From: Macrostomum hystrix
Taxonomy: Eukaryota; Animalia; Platyhelminthes
Direction of reading: 5' to 3'
NCBI GenBank assembly: GCA_950097015.1
Contig: CATNEN010000005.1
Location: 5,828,001-5,892,000, forward strand
Length of the DNA stretch: 64,000 nt
The position numbers were made by a program, and so were the translations under genes. This document shows positions 49,799 through 61,800 of the stretch, in pieces. The notes below the pieces were generated by a model, which searched no databases, had not been told where the DNA came from, and saw only the letters and a program-made list of their open reading frames with translations. Position 1 is the stretch's first letter; each line of letters begins with the position of its first letter.

Positions 49799-49874
49799 TG
49801 TCTCACTCTCTGAAAAATATTCTGCTGATTTTTTTCTACTCTGGGAGTCTTTTTGGGCAAAAAATCTTAGGAGA

Positions 49875-50195
49875 GGTTAGTGACGCCCCCAAGTGACAGT
49901 ACCATGCGGTAGTGACGCCTCCAAGTGATAGTACCATGCGGTAGTGACGCCTCCAAGTGATAGTACCATGCGGTAGTGACGCCTCCAAGTGATAGTACCA
50001 TGCGGTAGTGACGCCTCCAAGTGATAGTACCATGTGGTAGTGACGCCCCCAAGTGATAATACCCTGTGGTAGTGACGCCCCCAAGTGATAGTACCATGCG
50101 GTTGTGACGCCCCCAAGTGATAGTACCATGCGGTTGTGACGCCCCCAAGTGATAGATGTAGTACCACGTGGTAGCGGTGCCCCCATTTAGTAGTG
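49875..50195. repeat. 32-bp minisatellite (GTGACGCCTCCAAGTGATAGTACCATGCGGTA)n just 3' of FOXRED2
   Basis: About 9-10 head-to-tail units with no spacers. Confidence 0.93.
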
Positions 50196-50611
50196 GCGCC
50201 CCCAGAGGGTTCCTCTTCCACTAGACAAAAATCCTGGCTACGCTACTGGCCTGAATACGCTCGTAGTTCATTCATATTAAAAAAACTAGCGATCAACGAG
50301 TAGTACGAGTAAGACTGAAAATAATAGACTTTGAACACCTTAAATATCTAAGCTAAAGTTGAATGACGTTTTCTCTCAACACAATTGAAATATCCGAGAT
50401 ATTATTCGTTTTCAGTTTTTTTAATTCAAATAGATTTTAAGTACTCGTCTTTAGACTGCACACAAGCGATTCTACAGAATACGTATTACATTTTGAATCT
50501 AATTCAGCTAATTTTCCGAAGAGTATAAATAGTTACTCAATGAGAATTGCTCTTCGAACCAAAACTAAAAAAAACTAAAACGTTTGTTTAACCGAAGAAA
50601 AAATCGAAGTA

Positions 50612-50910
50612 GGAGGTTGTAGCCTAGTGGTTAGAGCGTTGCACTCACGACTTGAAGGTCGGGGGTTCGATTCCGGACTCCACTGGAACAATTTGTGTCC
50701 TTTAGCAAGACACTTAACTCTGCATTGCTTCAGTTCAACCAGCTGTTAATTAGGTACCAGCATTACCTGGGATAATTGGAGGTGGGTGTGGCATCACCCC
50801 AGTCCATGGACTGAACAGCTGTACGCAGCCTTCAGATGCAATGCAAAGCAACAGCTGCGGCTGTGCTGTTGGCTGCAAATCGGACCCAATTTGGCCAGGT
50901 GTAATAAAAA
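50612..50910 (+). mobile_element. tRNA-derived SINE family B, CORE-like
   Basis: A box TAGCCTAGTGG, B box GGTTCGATTCC, then TGTGTCCTTTAGCAAGACACTTAACTC...CAGCTGTTAA, tail CCAGTCCATGGACTGAACAGCTGTACGCAGCC...CAGGTGTAAT(A)n. Homologous copies at 56258, 62040 and 62360. Confidence 0.85.
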
Positions 50911-52079
50911 AGAGAAGTAGGAATGAAAAAAATTTAAACAGAAGCCAAGAACTATAGAATTAATAAAATCGCGAAAAATCGCTGCACGTACTCTTCAATA
51001 TAAAAGTTTTCTCGTAACGAGGAAAATAGAAAGTGCTCACTAAATTCGGAAAAGTTCAAGCAGACACTTTTGCCAGAATTTTAATATTAAGAAATACAGA
51101 CAATATTGTAAACCAAAAGTGCTATGGAAATACCGCGGAAATGCCGCGGAATTACCGCGTTTCGCAGTCTCACTCACATTTGGCAGACTTAATTCATAAT
51201 GAGACAACTCGGGTAGCTAAAATAGATATGACTATATGATTCCGTTTCTAAAGCTTCAATATTTAAAGTTCTGTTTCATATTGACATCATTTCTTTAAAA
51301 AATCGTGTACAGAGAATGCAGAACTGCATAGTTTTTAGAAACGGAATGTCTTCCGGTTTTCTCTCTCTAAAAGTGGTGTACATTGACGAATCATCATGTA
51401 TACTGTATTACTGAGCTATGGACTACATATGTCCAAGTATTCTTGAATTAGTATTTAAATAATGAAATTATACTGAAGCTTCAAAGCTCAGCCGCTCAAA
51501 ATTGAGCATAGAAGTCTAGCGCGGTCGTTTTGAACATGTAAGTATGATCAAACTTGTTTGGACTGAACAAGTGAACGGACTGAACGGACACGTACACGAA
51601 CTTTAGAAGCGCAATATGTCATTTCTACCATGGAATAGTGTATGTTACAGTGTGTACTTTGTTTACCGTAACCAAGTTTTAAGTTATCTAATCCGAGTGA
51701 CTTCAAGAACTGTCTTTCAACGAATTCTGTTAGCAGTTTATATCACACAAAAGAACGAGCGAAATTAGCGAAAGTTAATTCGTAACTCTTCTCACGATTA
51801 CAAGTATTTTGGTACATTTTGCTTTCTACTTGCTGCAGGACTCGGAAACACAATAAACGAGCAAAGCAGTATCAACAGAAGGCAAAGTAAGTCTTGAAAA
51901 TTACAACGTGATTCATTCTTTCAAAATACAGATTTAAAGTAACATTCTTGCCAACCCCACTTTAGTGACGAAATAAAATTAACGAAAAATTCTACAAAAT
52001 CCGATCGAGATTCACAAAAACAGTGAGTCAATCTTTCGAAAACTTTTAGTTGCATACAAAATTCGGAAACCTCATGTAC

Positions 52080-52860
52080 CTTGCGGGCCAAAGATTAATC
52101 CAAAAGACGAAAACAGGCGGCACTGACTGTGGACAGCTCAGACAGAGAAGAGATGAGACAGGGAAGAGATAAGACTAGGAAGAGATGAGACTAGGAAGAG
52201 ATAAGACAGGGAAGAGATGAGACAGGGAAGAGATGAGACAGGGAAGAGATGAGACTAGGAAGAGATGAGACAGGGAAGAGATGAGACAGGGAAGAGATGA
52301 GACAGGGAAGAGATAAGACTAGGAAGAGATGAGACAGGGAAGAGATGAGACAGGGAAGAGATGAGACAGGGAAGAGATGAGACAGGAAAGAGATAAGACT
52401 AGGAAGAGATGAGACAGGGAAGAGATGAGACAGGGAAGAGATGAGACAGGGAAGAGATGAGACTAGGAAGAGATGAGACTAGGAAGAGATGAGACAGGTA
52501 AGAGATGAGACTAGGAAGAGATGAGACTAGGAAGAGATGAGACTAGGAAGAGATGAGACAGGGAAGAGATGAGACTAGGAAGAGATGAGACAGGGAAGAG
52601 ATGAGACAGGGAAGAGATGAGACAGGGAAGAGATGAGACAGGGAAGAGATGAGACAGGGAAGAGATGAGACTAGGAAGAGATGAGACTAGGAAGAGATGA
52701 GACAGGGAAGAGATGAGACAGGGAAGAGATGAGACTAGGAAGAGATGAGACAGGGAAGAGATGAGACCAGGAAGAGATGAGATAGGGAATAGATGAGACA
52801 GGGAAGAGATGAGACAGGGAAGAGAAAAGACTAGGAAGAAATGAGACGATGGAAAGAAGC
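52080..52860 (-). mobile_element. Truncated copy of the same hAT MITE with a much expanded 16-mer array (GAGACAGGGAAGAGAT)n
   Basis: GCGGGCCAAAGA..CCAAAAGACGA..GGC.GCA.TGACTGT at 52083-52130 matches the reverse complement of 48380-48432 and is followed by about 700 bp of the related repeat. Confidence 0.75.
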
Positions 52861-52899
52861 GACAAGGGAGAGATTGAAACAATTTCAACTCTGTCATCC

Positions 52900-54998
52900 A
52901 TGTTGAGTGCTTTCAGGAAAGCTGAAAGTGATCCTGATGAGGCGCATTCAATCATGCTGTACAGTCTGTTATACGAGGCTGGTTTCAACGAGCGGGATGC
53001 AGGTCAGCAGCGAAGAGCTGCGGACGGCCTGCAGAGCGCGGCCCAGCAGCTCGCCGGCGATGCCCGTCAGCTAGTGGGCAGCTCAGCCGATTGCTGGAGC
53101 AGTCTCGTCGACTCTAGCAGCAAGCCAGTTGCCAAAGCTTACTTCAGCTGGCTTATCATTTTAAACTCGAAGCCGGAAGAGAGACTGCACCTGAAAGGCG
53201 ACTGTCAGTGTCAGGGCATGAGGAACCAGAGGCTTATTGTGCAAGCTGGTCGTGTTCTGACGTCCGAGTATGCTGGTGCGTAATGTGAAAACATCTTTTT
53301 AGAATCACTTTTGTCAGCTTTCATCGACCCCTGCGTCTGCTAAGATATCAGCGGAGTAGGAAGAATTGCGCCCTCGCTGGCTGCTAACGACTGTTGCTAA
53401 ATAATGAGTCCTACAAATATTGCTACGATAACCAAGATCTCAAGCAAAGGCTTCAACTTATTTCCAGGACACCTGCCGATACTGAAGGTCCCAGAGTGCG
53501 GATTGAGGCCCGCACAGACTATCCAGCATGTCATCCAGTGCTGCAGTCCGCACCGAAGTGACAAAAGTCGCCAGCTCCTACCAGAGAAATCAGACCCGGA
53601 TGTTGGGGCTATCCTGGAGTTCGGGATGGATACGAAACAGCCCAACCAGCTGCTATTGAGCTACCGACTGCAGGAGAAGCGGATGATGTGCGGTCTGAGC
53701 ACCGTCCAGGGCCAGCTGTTCGTGCTGATTAAGTTCGTATTTCAGAGACTACTGAAAACCAGAGTGCTCAAGACTTACCATGCGAGGAATCTGCTCTTCC
53801 ACATGCTCAGCAAGTACAGAAATGATGGACCTGGTGTATGGGCGAAGCAGAGCCTCATTGCATTGCTGAAAGAGGCTCTAGACATGATGCTGAAGTTCTT
53901 GGACAAGATTGACGCTACGAGTGACGCTTGTATGCCAAATTTCTTTTTACCTGAAGCGCCGCTTCGTTTAGTTGGCACTGGAGTGTGCTGCACCGAGGTA
54001 AAAGCCGATCTAAGAAACACCTTTTTGGATCTAAAAGCCGACTTGACGCCTCTCCTAGAGCTGGTGAAGTCTTGCGTTAGGCCTCGAAAGTCAGGAAAAG
54101 TATTCCAGCCATTCACCGTGCTTCCACTTGTTGAGCTGGCCGACTTCGACCGATGCACTGGAGACGCTCTTCTCTACCTGACGGTGCAAGCGATGATCAA
54201 GCAGAGGTTCCAGAGCTTCAACCGGATGACCTACCGAAATTCGTTGAACGCATTTCAAAGCTCCGATGGCTAGCCGGCTCATCTTCCATTAGTGCGTGCC
54301 TCTTGACAATGGCGCAACTGAAGCTTGGCCACTTAGATAGCGCCAAGTTGAAACTGGAAGCCGTGTCTTGGCGACAAGCGGAACCGTGCCAGTTCTGCTT
54401 CACCTGCAGTGAACGAGAGCTCGATTTCAGCTTTCTACCGGAGTTCACTCGGTCGCTAATGAAATTAGAGCAATTCGGTAGCGGATGGACCCTGCAGGTG
54501 AACTTCCGCGCTCTGCTATGGAGCCTGCAGGCCGAGCTGCTGCCAAGACGGCACCTGTTCTTGAACGAATGGCGCAGAGGTATCGAGGATGACATGGACA
54601 TGACAGAGCTGCACACTATGGCCCACTACAGCAGGAGCCCTAAGCGATTGCGTAATTTATCCATGAAGATGAACGACTTGCTGTCAGCGAAGCCGGGACC
54701 CGAAGATTCAGGCAGAACTTCCGCTATCAACAGCAAGGCGTGCTTCAACGGCCTGAGCCTAGTGTTGTTTTTGTCAGCAGCTTTGGCGATTCTATCCAGA
54801 CTGGGACTGATCCTTGAGGGTGCAGCCATGCTAGAAGGCATCATGGACATTGTGATCTTCTGTCTAGGTGTAGTAACCTACATTGAGCTCCACCGTCAGT
54901 TAAAATTTTCTGCCTGGCTCCTGACCAAGGCGTCGTCTAGCGATTGGAGAAGACAGTGGTACACGTCTGTGGAATTCTCGGTAATTCTGCCCATGTAA
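52900..54998 (+). pseudogene. Mab-21/cGAS-like (cGLR-type) gene with a probable intron (53276-53467) and an apparent frameshift near 54190-54270; pseudogene or sequence error
   Basis: ORF 53404-54273 has Mab-21 C-lobe-like motifs (LLLSYRLQEKRMM...QLFVLIKF...LKTYHARNLLFHML...W....L...L...L.....MPNFFLPE). The upstream ORF has VGSSADCW, resembling the hG[GS] NTase motif. Donor G|GTGCGT and acceptor TTTCCAG join the two in phase. ORF 54153-54998 continues in another frame. Confidence 0.6.
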
Positions 54999-55304
54999 GT
55001 GTCACTTTAATAACGGATGTACTTTTAATCATTTAAATAGAATCGAAAGGATTCTATTTGCCAGTGGCACAGTCAAAGCTATTTTACGGCGGTTCCAAAA
55101 GCTGTGTACAGCCATTCAGTCCGCAGACTCAGAAGCCGCCACACGTAAAAAATTATACCAAAGATGATGTTCGTACCCATTGTACAGCTGAGTAAGCTCA
55201 ATGATACAAATTTTCTACTGAGCTTCGAACTCTTGACCTCTCTAGTCTAAAGTCCAAAGCTTTTAAGACATAGGCTCCTTATCGGAGAGAATAAGGAGCC
55301 TAAT

Positions 55305-55500
55305 TGTGCGCTCTTGAAGGCCAATCTCCAAGGCACAGCGGGAGTGTACACTGCCTGACGATGAGAAAGTCAGGGCAGATGTACACAGCTGTGTGAGAGG
55401 GTGCCTGTGTACGGTATCTGTATGTGCTCTCAGGAGACAGCGAATGGGCAGAATTGCCTCTAGTGGGATTAGTGTCACCATTGCCCGCAGCCCTCCTGCA
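55305..55500 (+). mobile_element. SINE family A body
   Basis: CTCCAAGGCACAGCGGGAGTGTACAC...GATGAGAAAGTCAGGGCAGATGTACAC...GTGTCACCATTGCCCGCAGCCCTCCTGC. Confidence 0.75.
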
Positions 55501-56257
55501 ATATTTTTAATATTACTTTCCGGGATTATGTACCTTCGAAAGTAAGTATTAATAAACAAGTATTGGTTTAGCCTGTCCATGGACTAAAAAGCTGTACACA
55601 ACTTTTAGAAGCAGCTTTTAGCTGCGGCTGTGTCACACGCTTTATATCTGGTTTGATTAGAGTAGGTGTCATATCTTTGTATCTATTCTACTAATTCGAA
55701 TTCGCATTGTTTTCAGACTATCGGTAGCATTGTCTTTCGTAGCGAATGAAAGATTTTTCTACACGATATTTGTGATTTTCAGCCAGCGAATGCTGCCAGA
55801 CCTGATGCGTCTGCAGACAAGATTTGAGCGAGGCTTAGTTGAACTCGTGCTGGCTTTGAGATGAGGGGTCGAATCGGTTTTGAAATTTCAGCTAATTTAT
55901 TCAAACAAATAAACTGTTATAACATAGACTCAACATTACATAAAGCTGGATTTCTCAAACAACATATCTCTATTCTTAACAACACATTTTTTATGTTCTG
56001 AAATCTATTTGTTTATAGTAGCTTGTATATAGCTACTAGATTGTCAATTGATACATTATTCAACTATTTATACTTTGATCAAGCTGTTGTACTTAAAATC
56101 TATCGATATCAAATATTTAGTTTATTCGAAGAATCGTGTTACTCAAAAATATGTTAATTATTTGTTACACAATAATATACAAGCTATAACGTTGTAACGT
56201 TGTAGAAAAAAATCGTTGTACTGTTTGGGCACAGTTTAATTTAGTTATGTTTTGCGT

Positions 56258-56560
56258 GTAGCCGTTGTAGCCTAGTAGTACGAGCGTCGGACACACGACT
56301 TGAAGGTCCGAGGTTCGATTCCGAACTTCACTAGAACTTCTAGAATGTCGTATAGCTAGACACTTAACTCTGCAATGCTTCAGTTAATCGAGTAGTTAAA
56401 CATCAGCTTGGATGGGTGAGGGTGGGTGTGGCGTCCCAACAGTCCATGGACTGAACAGCCGTACGCAGCCTTCAGATGCGCCGCGCAATAGCTGCGGCTG
56501 TGCTGTCGGCTGCACATCTGGCCCAATCGGGCAGGTGTAATCAATTATTAATTGTTATTA
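56258..56560 (+). mobile_element. SINE family B copy
   Basis: Colinear similarity to 50612-50910 from head to tail. Confidence 0.85.
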
Positions 56561-57067
56561 ATATTAGTATAAACTATTGGAGCTTATCGTTAAGACCATT
56601 TTAAAACCATCCTGTGCAATAATCAGTAGCTCTTAGCAGCGATTCCAAACCATGCATATTCTGCTGCATGTCAATCTTAACTAGAAGTGTTTAGCCTTTT
56701 CTGTCAACTAAGAGCTCCTTCTTCAGCAATGGGAGGGTGGCTGACGGATCTGTCAGTTTCCCACGCCAAATGCACAAACCCTGGTAGCTAAGGTAACAAT
56801 TCTTAAACTAGACGTCTTTCGGAAGAAAGAGAAAAGTCAAAGTTAACTACTTGCAAATTTGCAAAAGACAATGGCCAAGCATTAAAGACGAGAGAACCTT
56901 CTTGACAAACAGGATCCTATCCACTCAGAGCTTTCAAATGCTTTTGAAGATTCAAGCGGCTTGACACATGCTTGTGGAGAGAAACTTTTGTAGAATTATG
57001 AGCTATTCCGTGAGCTATAAGTTCAACTTGAGCTGCCAATAAACTTTCTGGCATCACAAAGACTAAA

Positions 57068-57805
57068 ATGTTGTCTATTTTTATTCTAAGCGCTCTGTTG
57101 CTGGCAGTTTGTCAAGCATCTTGTCCGGCTCCATTTAGAATGGAGGCTGAAAGGTGCGTGTTCATAGACTCGACACAGAATTACACCTGGTGCTCAGCGA
57201 ATTGGAGATGCTCAGCCATCGGAGGCGAGTTGCTGAACTCCTACAGCTCGCTGAAACGGCTTTACAATATGCCCAGCATGAATTGCAGCTGTCTTTTCTG
57301 GCTTGGCGTGTCCGACATTGCCAATGAGAGAAACATGAGCAGAGAGGGCTGGCAGGCGATCAACGACAATCCGATGCTGCCGCTGGACGACTCGCTGTGG
57401 GGTAGCACAGATCCCAACAATAGGTTCGGCGGTCAGGACTGTCTGGTGCGCTTGCTGAATATCAGAGAAAATATTGGCGACCTTCAGTGCTCAAAACTGG
57501 GCGGCTACGCCTGCGAGTATGCCGCTGCAGCTAGTCAGAATTCGTCTCACAGGTCCAACACCTGGCAGAGAGTCCCATTCAAACAAAGCAGCTATAATCC
57601 TAGCACTGAGTACTGCTACACCGACCTGTTACAGGTGGACAGTGCCATCAAGTGTGTGGCAGCTGCGATGCGATCTGGAAGCCACAGCAGGCACGTTTTG
57701 TACAACAAACTCGGCAGAGTCTGCAGACTGTTACAGTTCACGGACGCCCAGGTGGAGGAAGAGATTGAAACTAGCGACGACTGGGCCAAGTTTCAACTCT
57801 TCTGA
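57068..57805 (+). CDS. Secreted C-type lectin domain protein with C-terminal PAN/apple-like segment, 245 aa, intronless
   Basis: Signal peptide MLSIFILSALLLAVCQA; CTLD pattern CP..F....RC...TW..A...C...GG.L, FWLG, W...DPNN, QDC, C......ACE; C-terminal SAIKC...YN....CRL. Confidence 0.85.
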   Translation: MLSIFILSALLLAVCQASCPAPFRMEAERCVFIDSTQNYTWCSANWRCSAIGGELLNSYSSLKRLYNMPSMNCSCLFWLGVSDIANERNMSREGWQAINDNPMLPLDDSLWGSTDPNNRFGGQDCLVRLLNIRENIGDLQCSKLGGYACEYAAAASQNSSHRSNTWQRVPFKQSSYNPSTEYCYTDLLQVDSAIKCVAAAMRSGSHSRHVLYNKLGRVCRLLQFTDAQVEEEIETSDDWAKFQLF

Positions 57806-57907
57806 GGCTGATGCAGCTGACGCTACTAATTAAAAAAAACTTTTGCCTAATAACATTCTTGTTTAAATTGCTTAACCCTGGAAAAACTTAACAATACTTC
57901 CTCACTC

Positions 57908-58165
57908 AAAGGGGTAAGCGGTAGAGCGGTCTAACGCGTTCGCCTCTCGCACCAAGGTCCCTGAGCTCGATTCTACGGCTAGGTCACATTCATTTGGGGC
58001 GCAGCCGCGGAGAGAAGGCTTGGGGGCTTGTCGTGCAATTCACGCCAATGTGGATCAACCTCCAAGGCTCAGGAGTCAGCGGAATGGACAGAACTGCCTC
58101 CGCGCTGTGTCTAGTGTCACCAAATGATGTGCCATTGCCCAAAGCCCTCCAGCAAATTAATAATA
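57908..58165 (+). mobile_element. tRNA-derived SINE family A copy (head resembles tRNA-Val framework), internally deleted
   Basis: GGTCTAACGCGTTCGCCTCTCGCACCAAGGTCCCTGAGCTCGATTC, then CATTCATTTGGGGCGCAGCCGCGGAGAGAAGGCTTGGGGGCTTGTCG...GTCTAGTGTCACCAAATGATGTGCC. Confidence 0.82.
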
Positions 58166-58897
58166 TTACGCAATGCTTTCCCGTCTATTCCTTGATTAAG
58201 GTAGTAGATTAGCCAATTAATCGAAGCCAATTAAAATGAAGCAGAAATTTCGACATATTTATAATTTATTTTTTAATAAAATCTTTAAAACAGGGGCAAA
58301 ATGATCCTACGAGTACGATTAAGTGCGTATATATTTTCTAAACAAAAATCTATTTAGCTGTTTTCACTTGCTAATTGTTGTAAAAAATGTTTCACGAATG
58401 TTGTCATGGTCACAGCAGTTTTGGTCTACAGCAATAAAAACAATAACAAAAATAAATATAAAAACGTTTTTGAATGAGATCACAGTCATAGCCAGTTGCC
58501 ACGTAGCCTATTGGTTAAATAGCTCCTGACTTCTTCTGACCAAGAGGTCCGAGGTTCGATTCTCAGTCCAGTAAAATTTCGTTTTTTTGTCTTTAAGGAA
58601 GAAATTACAATTTCTTATGATCTGTTCATTTTACTCTGTTTAAAAACGTGTTTTGGAAGGGGGGTTCGTCGTGTTTTGGAAGGACCTCCAATCGGGGTCT
58701 ACCCAGTCCATGGACTGAACAGCTGTACACTGCCTTTGGACATCATAGGCGCAATTTCCATTTCCTTCTTTAAAAAATTAAAGAGCCACTACCATCACTT
58801 AAAAAAATAAGTAAAGACGTTTTAAGTATTGTGTCCTTAAGAAACGGACGAAAATCGATTTTAAATCAAACAATCAATCAGTCAATACGACAATTAA

Positions 58898-61800
58898 TCA
58901 ATCAATATCCCTGGCGCATAGCAGGGCTGCGCCCCTCAGTCGCCAGACGCTCTGAGGCTGAGTAGCTGGTAGACGCACCGAGCAGACAAAGTTGGTGCTG
59001 TGACCCGTGCTGGACAATGCACCGGCACGCCTAGCTGTACGATAGAGCGGACAGTCGTAGATGAATTTGGCCGACTCGGTGTCTGCCTTAGGATTGTCTG
59101 GCTCCTGAGTGCCAGTCTGAAAAAATATTTTATTTGCCTCGCTCTGGTGTGTCTTGATCAAGGGGTTGTTGACAATGTGATGTGGTTGCCTTAAAAGAGT
59201 TTGCCATGTTTTGGGGTTTGTTGAAGGGGTTTTCGTATTTTCGAACTGGTCTACAGTGCTTAAGAAGAGGTTCGTCGTGTTTTTGGAAGGAGTCTTCGGT
59301 GTTTTGGAGGGGGTATCTTGTTTTGGAAGGGATTGCCGTGTTTTGGGAGGGGTTGTCTTGTTTTGGAAGGGTTTGTCGTGTTTTGGAAGGGGTTCGTCTT
59401 GCTTTGGAAGGGATTGCCGTGTTTTGGGAGGGTTTGTCTTGCTTTGGAAGAGGTTTTCGTGTTTTGGAAGGGGTTCGTCTTGCTTTGGAAGGGTTTGTCT
59501 TGCTTTGGAAGAGGTTTTCGTGTTTTGGAAGGGTTCGTCGTGTTTTGGAAGAGGTTTTCGTGTTTTGGAAGGGTTTGTCGTGTTTTGGAAGGGGTTCGTC
59601 TTGCTTTGGAAGAGGTTTTCATGTTTTGGAAGGGGTTCGTCTTGCTTTGGAAGGGTTTGTCTTGCTTTGGAAGAGGTTTTCGTGTTTTGGAAGGGTTCGT
59701 CGTGTTTTGGAAGGGTTCGTCGTGTTTCGGAAGGGTTTGTCGTGTTTTGGAAGTTAGGTTTTCGTGTTTTCGAAGGGTTTGTCGTGTTTTGGAAGAGGTT
59801 TTCGTCTTTTGGAAGAGGTTTTCGTGTTTTGGAAGGGTTCGTCGTGTTTTGGAAGGGTTTGTCGTGTTTTGGAAGAGGTTTTCGTGTTTTGGAAGGGTTT
59901 GTCGTGTTTTGGAAGGGGTTTTCGTGTTTTGGAAGGGTTTGTCGTGTTTTGGAAGGGGTTCGTCGTGTTTTGGGAGGGGTTGTCGTGTTTTGGGAGGGGT
60001 TCGTCGTGTTTTGGGAGGGTTTGTCGTGTTTTGGAAGGGGTTGTCTTGCTTTGGAAGAGGTTTTCGTGTTTTGGAAGGGGTTCGTCGTGTTTTGGAAGGG
60101 GTTCGTCGTGTTTTGGAAGGGATTGCCGTGTTTTGGGAGGGGTTGTCTTGTTTTGGAAGGGTTTGTCTTGCTTTGGAAGAGGTTTTCATGTTTTGGAAGG
60201 GTTCGTCGTGTTTTGGAATGGTTTGTCGTGTTTTGGAAGGGTTTGTCGTGTTTTGGAAGGGGTTCGTCGTGTTTTGGGAAGGTTTGTCGTGTTTTGGAAG
60301 GGGTTCGTCGTGTTTTGGAAGGGTTTGTCGTGTTTTGGAAGGGGTTGTCTTGCTTTGGAAGAGGTTTTCGTGTTTTGGAAGGGTTCGTCGTGTTTTGGAA
60401 GGGGTTCGTCGTGTTTTGGAAGGGTTTGTCGTGTTTTGGAAGGGGTTGCCGTGCTTTGGAAGGGTTTTGGGGTCTGATGTACGAACAGTCAATTAGTCTC
60501 ACCTGACACGGCAGCAGGTGCAGCGACGGCATATCACAGAATCTTGCTCCAGGAGGATTCTCAACTAATCCGGCCGTGTTCTCAGACCAACTGGCACTGT
60601 CCAACACCAGACCGAAGGCCAGAACTCCGTCGGAAGGCGGCGGTGAGTCGGACTGGAACGCGAACTCTTCAACGCTACCACTGCCGACTAGGGGTACAGC
60701 TGGCTGCACCTTGTGATGAAACTCGAGCAGATCCACCTGCGATTCGTTGAGACCATTTGTTAACGTCCATGGGAAAGAATTTGAGACTCTTGTTGAGTTC
60801 AGTTGATGAGGTGTCGCGAGAGATTCTGGATGAGTTCAGTTGATGAGGTGTCGCGAGAGATTCTGGATGAGTTCAGTTGATAAGGTATCGCGAGAGATTA
60901 TGGGTGAGTTCAGTTGATGAGGTATCGCGAGAGATTCTGGATGAGTTCAGTTGATGAGCTGTCGCGAGAGATTCTGGGTGAGTTCAGTTGATGAGGTGTC
61001 GCGAGAGGTTCTGGGTGAGTTCAGTTGATGAGGTGTCGCGAGAGGTTCTGGATGAGTTCAGTTGATGAGGCGTCGCGAGAGATTCTGGATGAGTTCAGTT
61101 GATAAGGAATCGCGAGAGATTCTGGATGAGTTCAGTTGATAAGGTATCGCGAGAGATTCTGGATGAGTTCAGTTGATGAGGCGTCGCGAGAGATTCTGGA
61201 TGAGTTCAGTTGATGAGGCGTCGCGAGAGGTTCTGGGTGAGTTCAGTTGATGAGGTGTCGCGAGAGATTCGGGACGAGGCCCTTCTCAACTGCTCTAGTG
61301 ATCTGCTTCACCGAAGAGCTGTTGAGACTCACCGGAACCTTGAGTCTTCTAGCCTGAGCCTGCAACACTGCCGTGAGAAATCCTTGCGGAAAGAAGAACG
61401 CCGGCAGCCAATGGGCAAACGGCTCCGGGCCGTGCGGAAACAGGTCCGGCTCCTTCAGCAGTCCGCTCCGCTGTTGATAATCTCGGACCAGCCGTTCGGC
61501 CCAGCCGGCCAGGAATCGAACCCTGGTGCGCAGGTCAGCAGCCCAGGCGCTCAAAGATTTGCAGGACTCATACCGGAGCCAAGCTGGCGGGACTTTATTC
61601 CTGAGGAAGGCGAACAAAGCCGACTCAAGCGAGTCTGTCATGAGGGTGTCGCCCCGAATGGCCAATCGGAGCTGTTTGAGGTCGCGTCGAACCTGTCGCA
61701 GCAGGGCGTCGTAACGATCGATCTCCTGACGCAGGAACTGATGAAGCGCCGAGCCCAACTTGGCGCCGGCGCTGACACCGCCGCGCTGAGCCTCCAAAGA

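Noticed and set aside
49875-50195. 32-bp repeat (also the 36-37-bp repeats at 1395 and 60790) with CRISPR-like unit length
   Set aside because: Units are head-to-tail with no unique spacers, there are no cas genes, and the context is eukaryotic.
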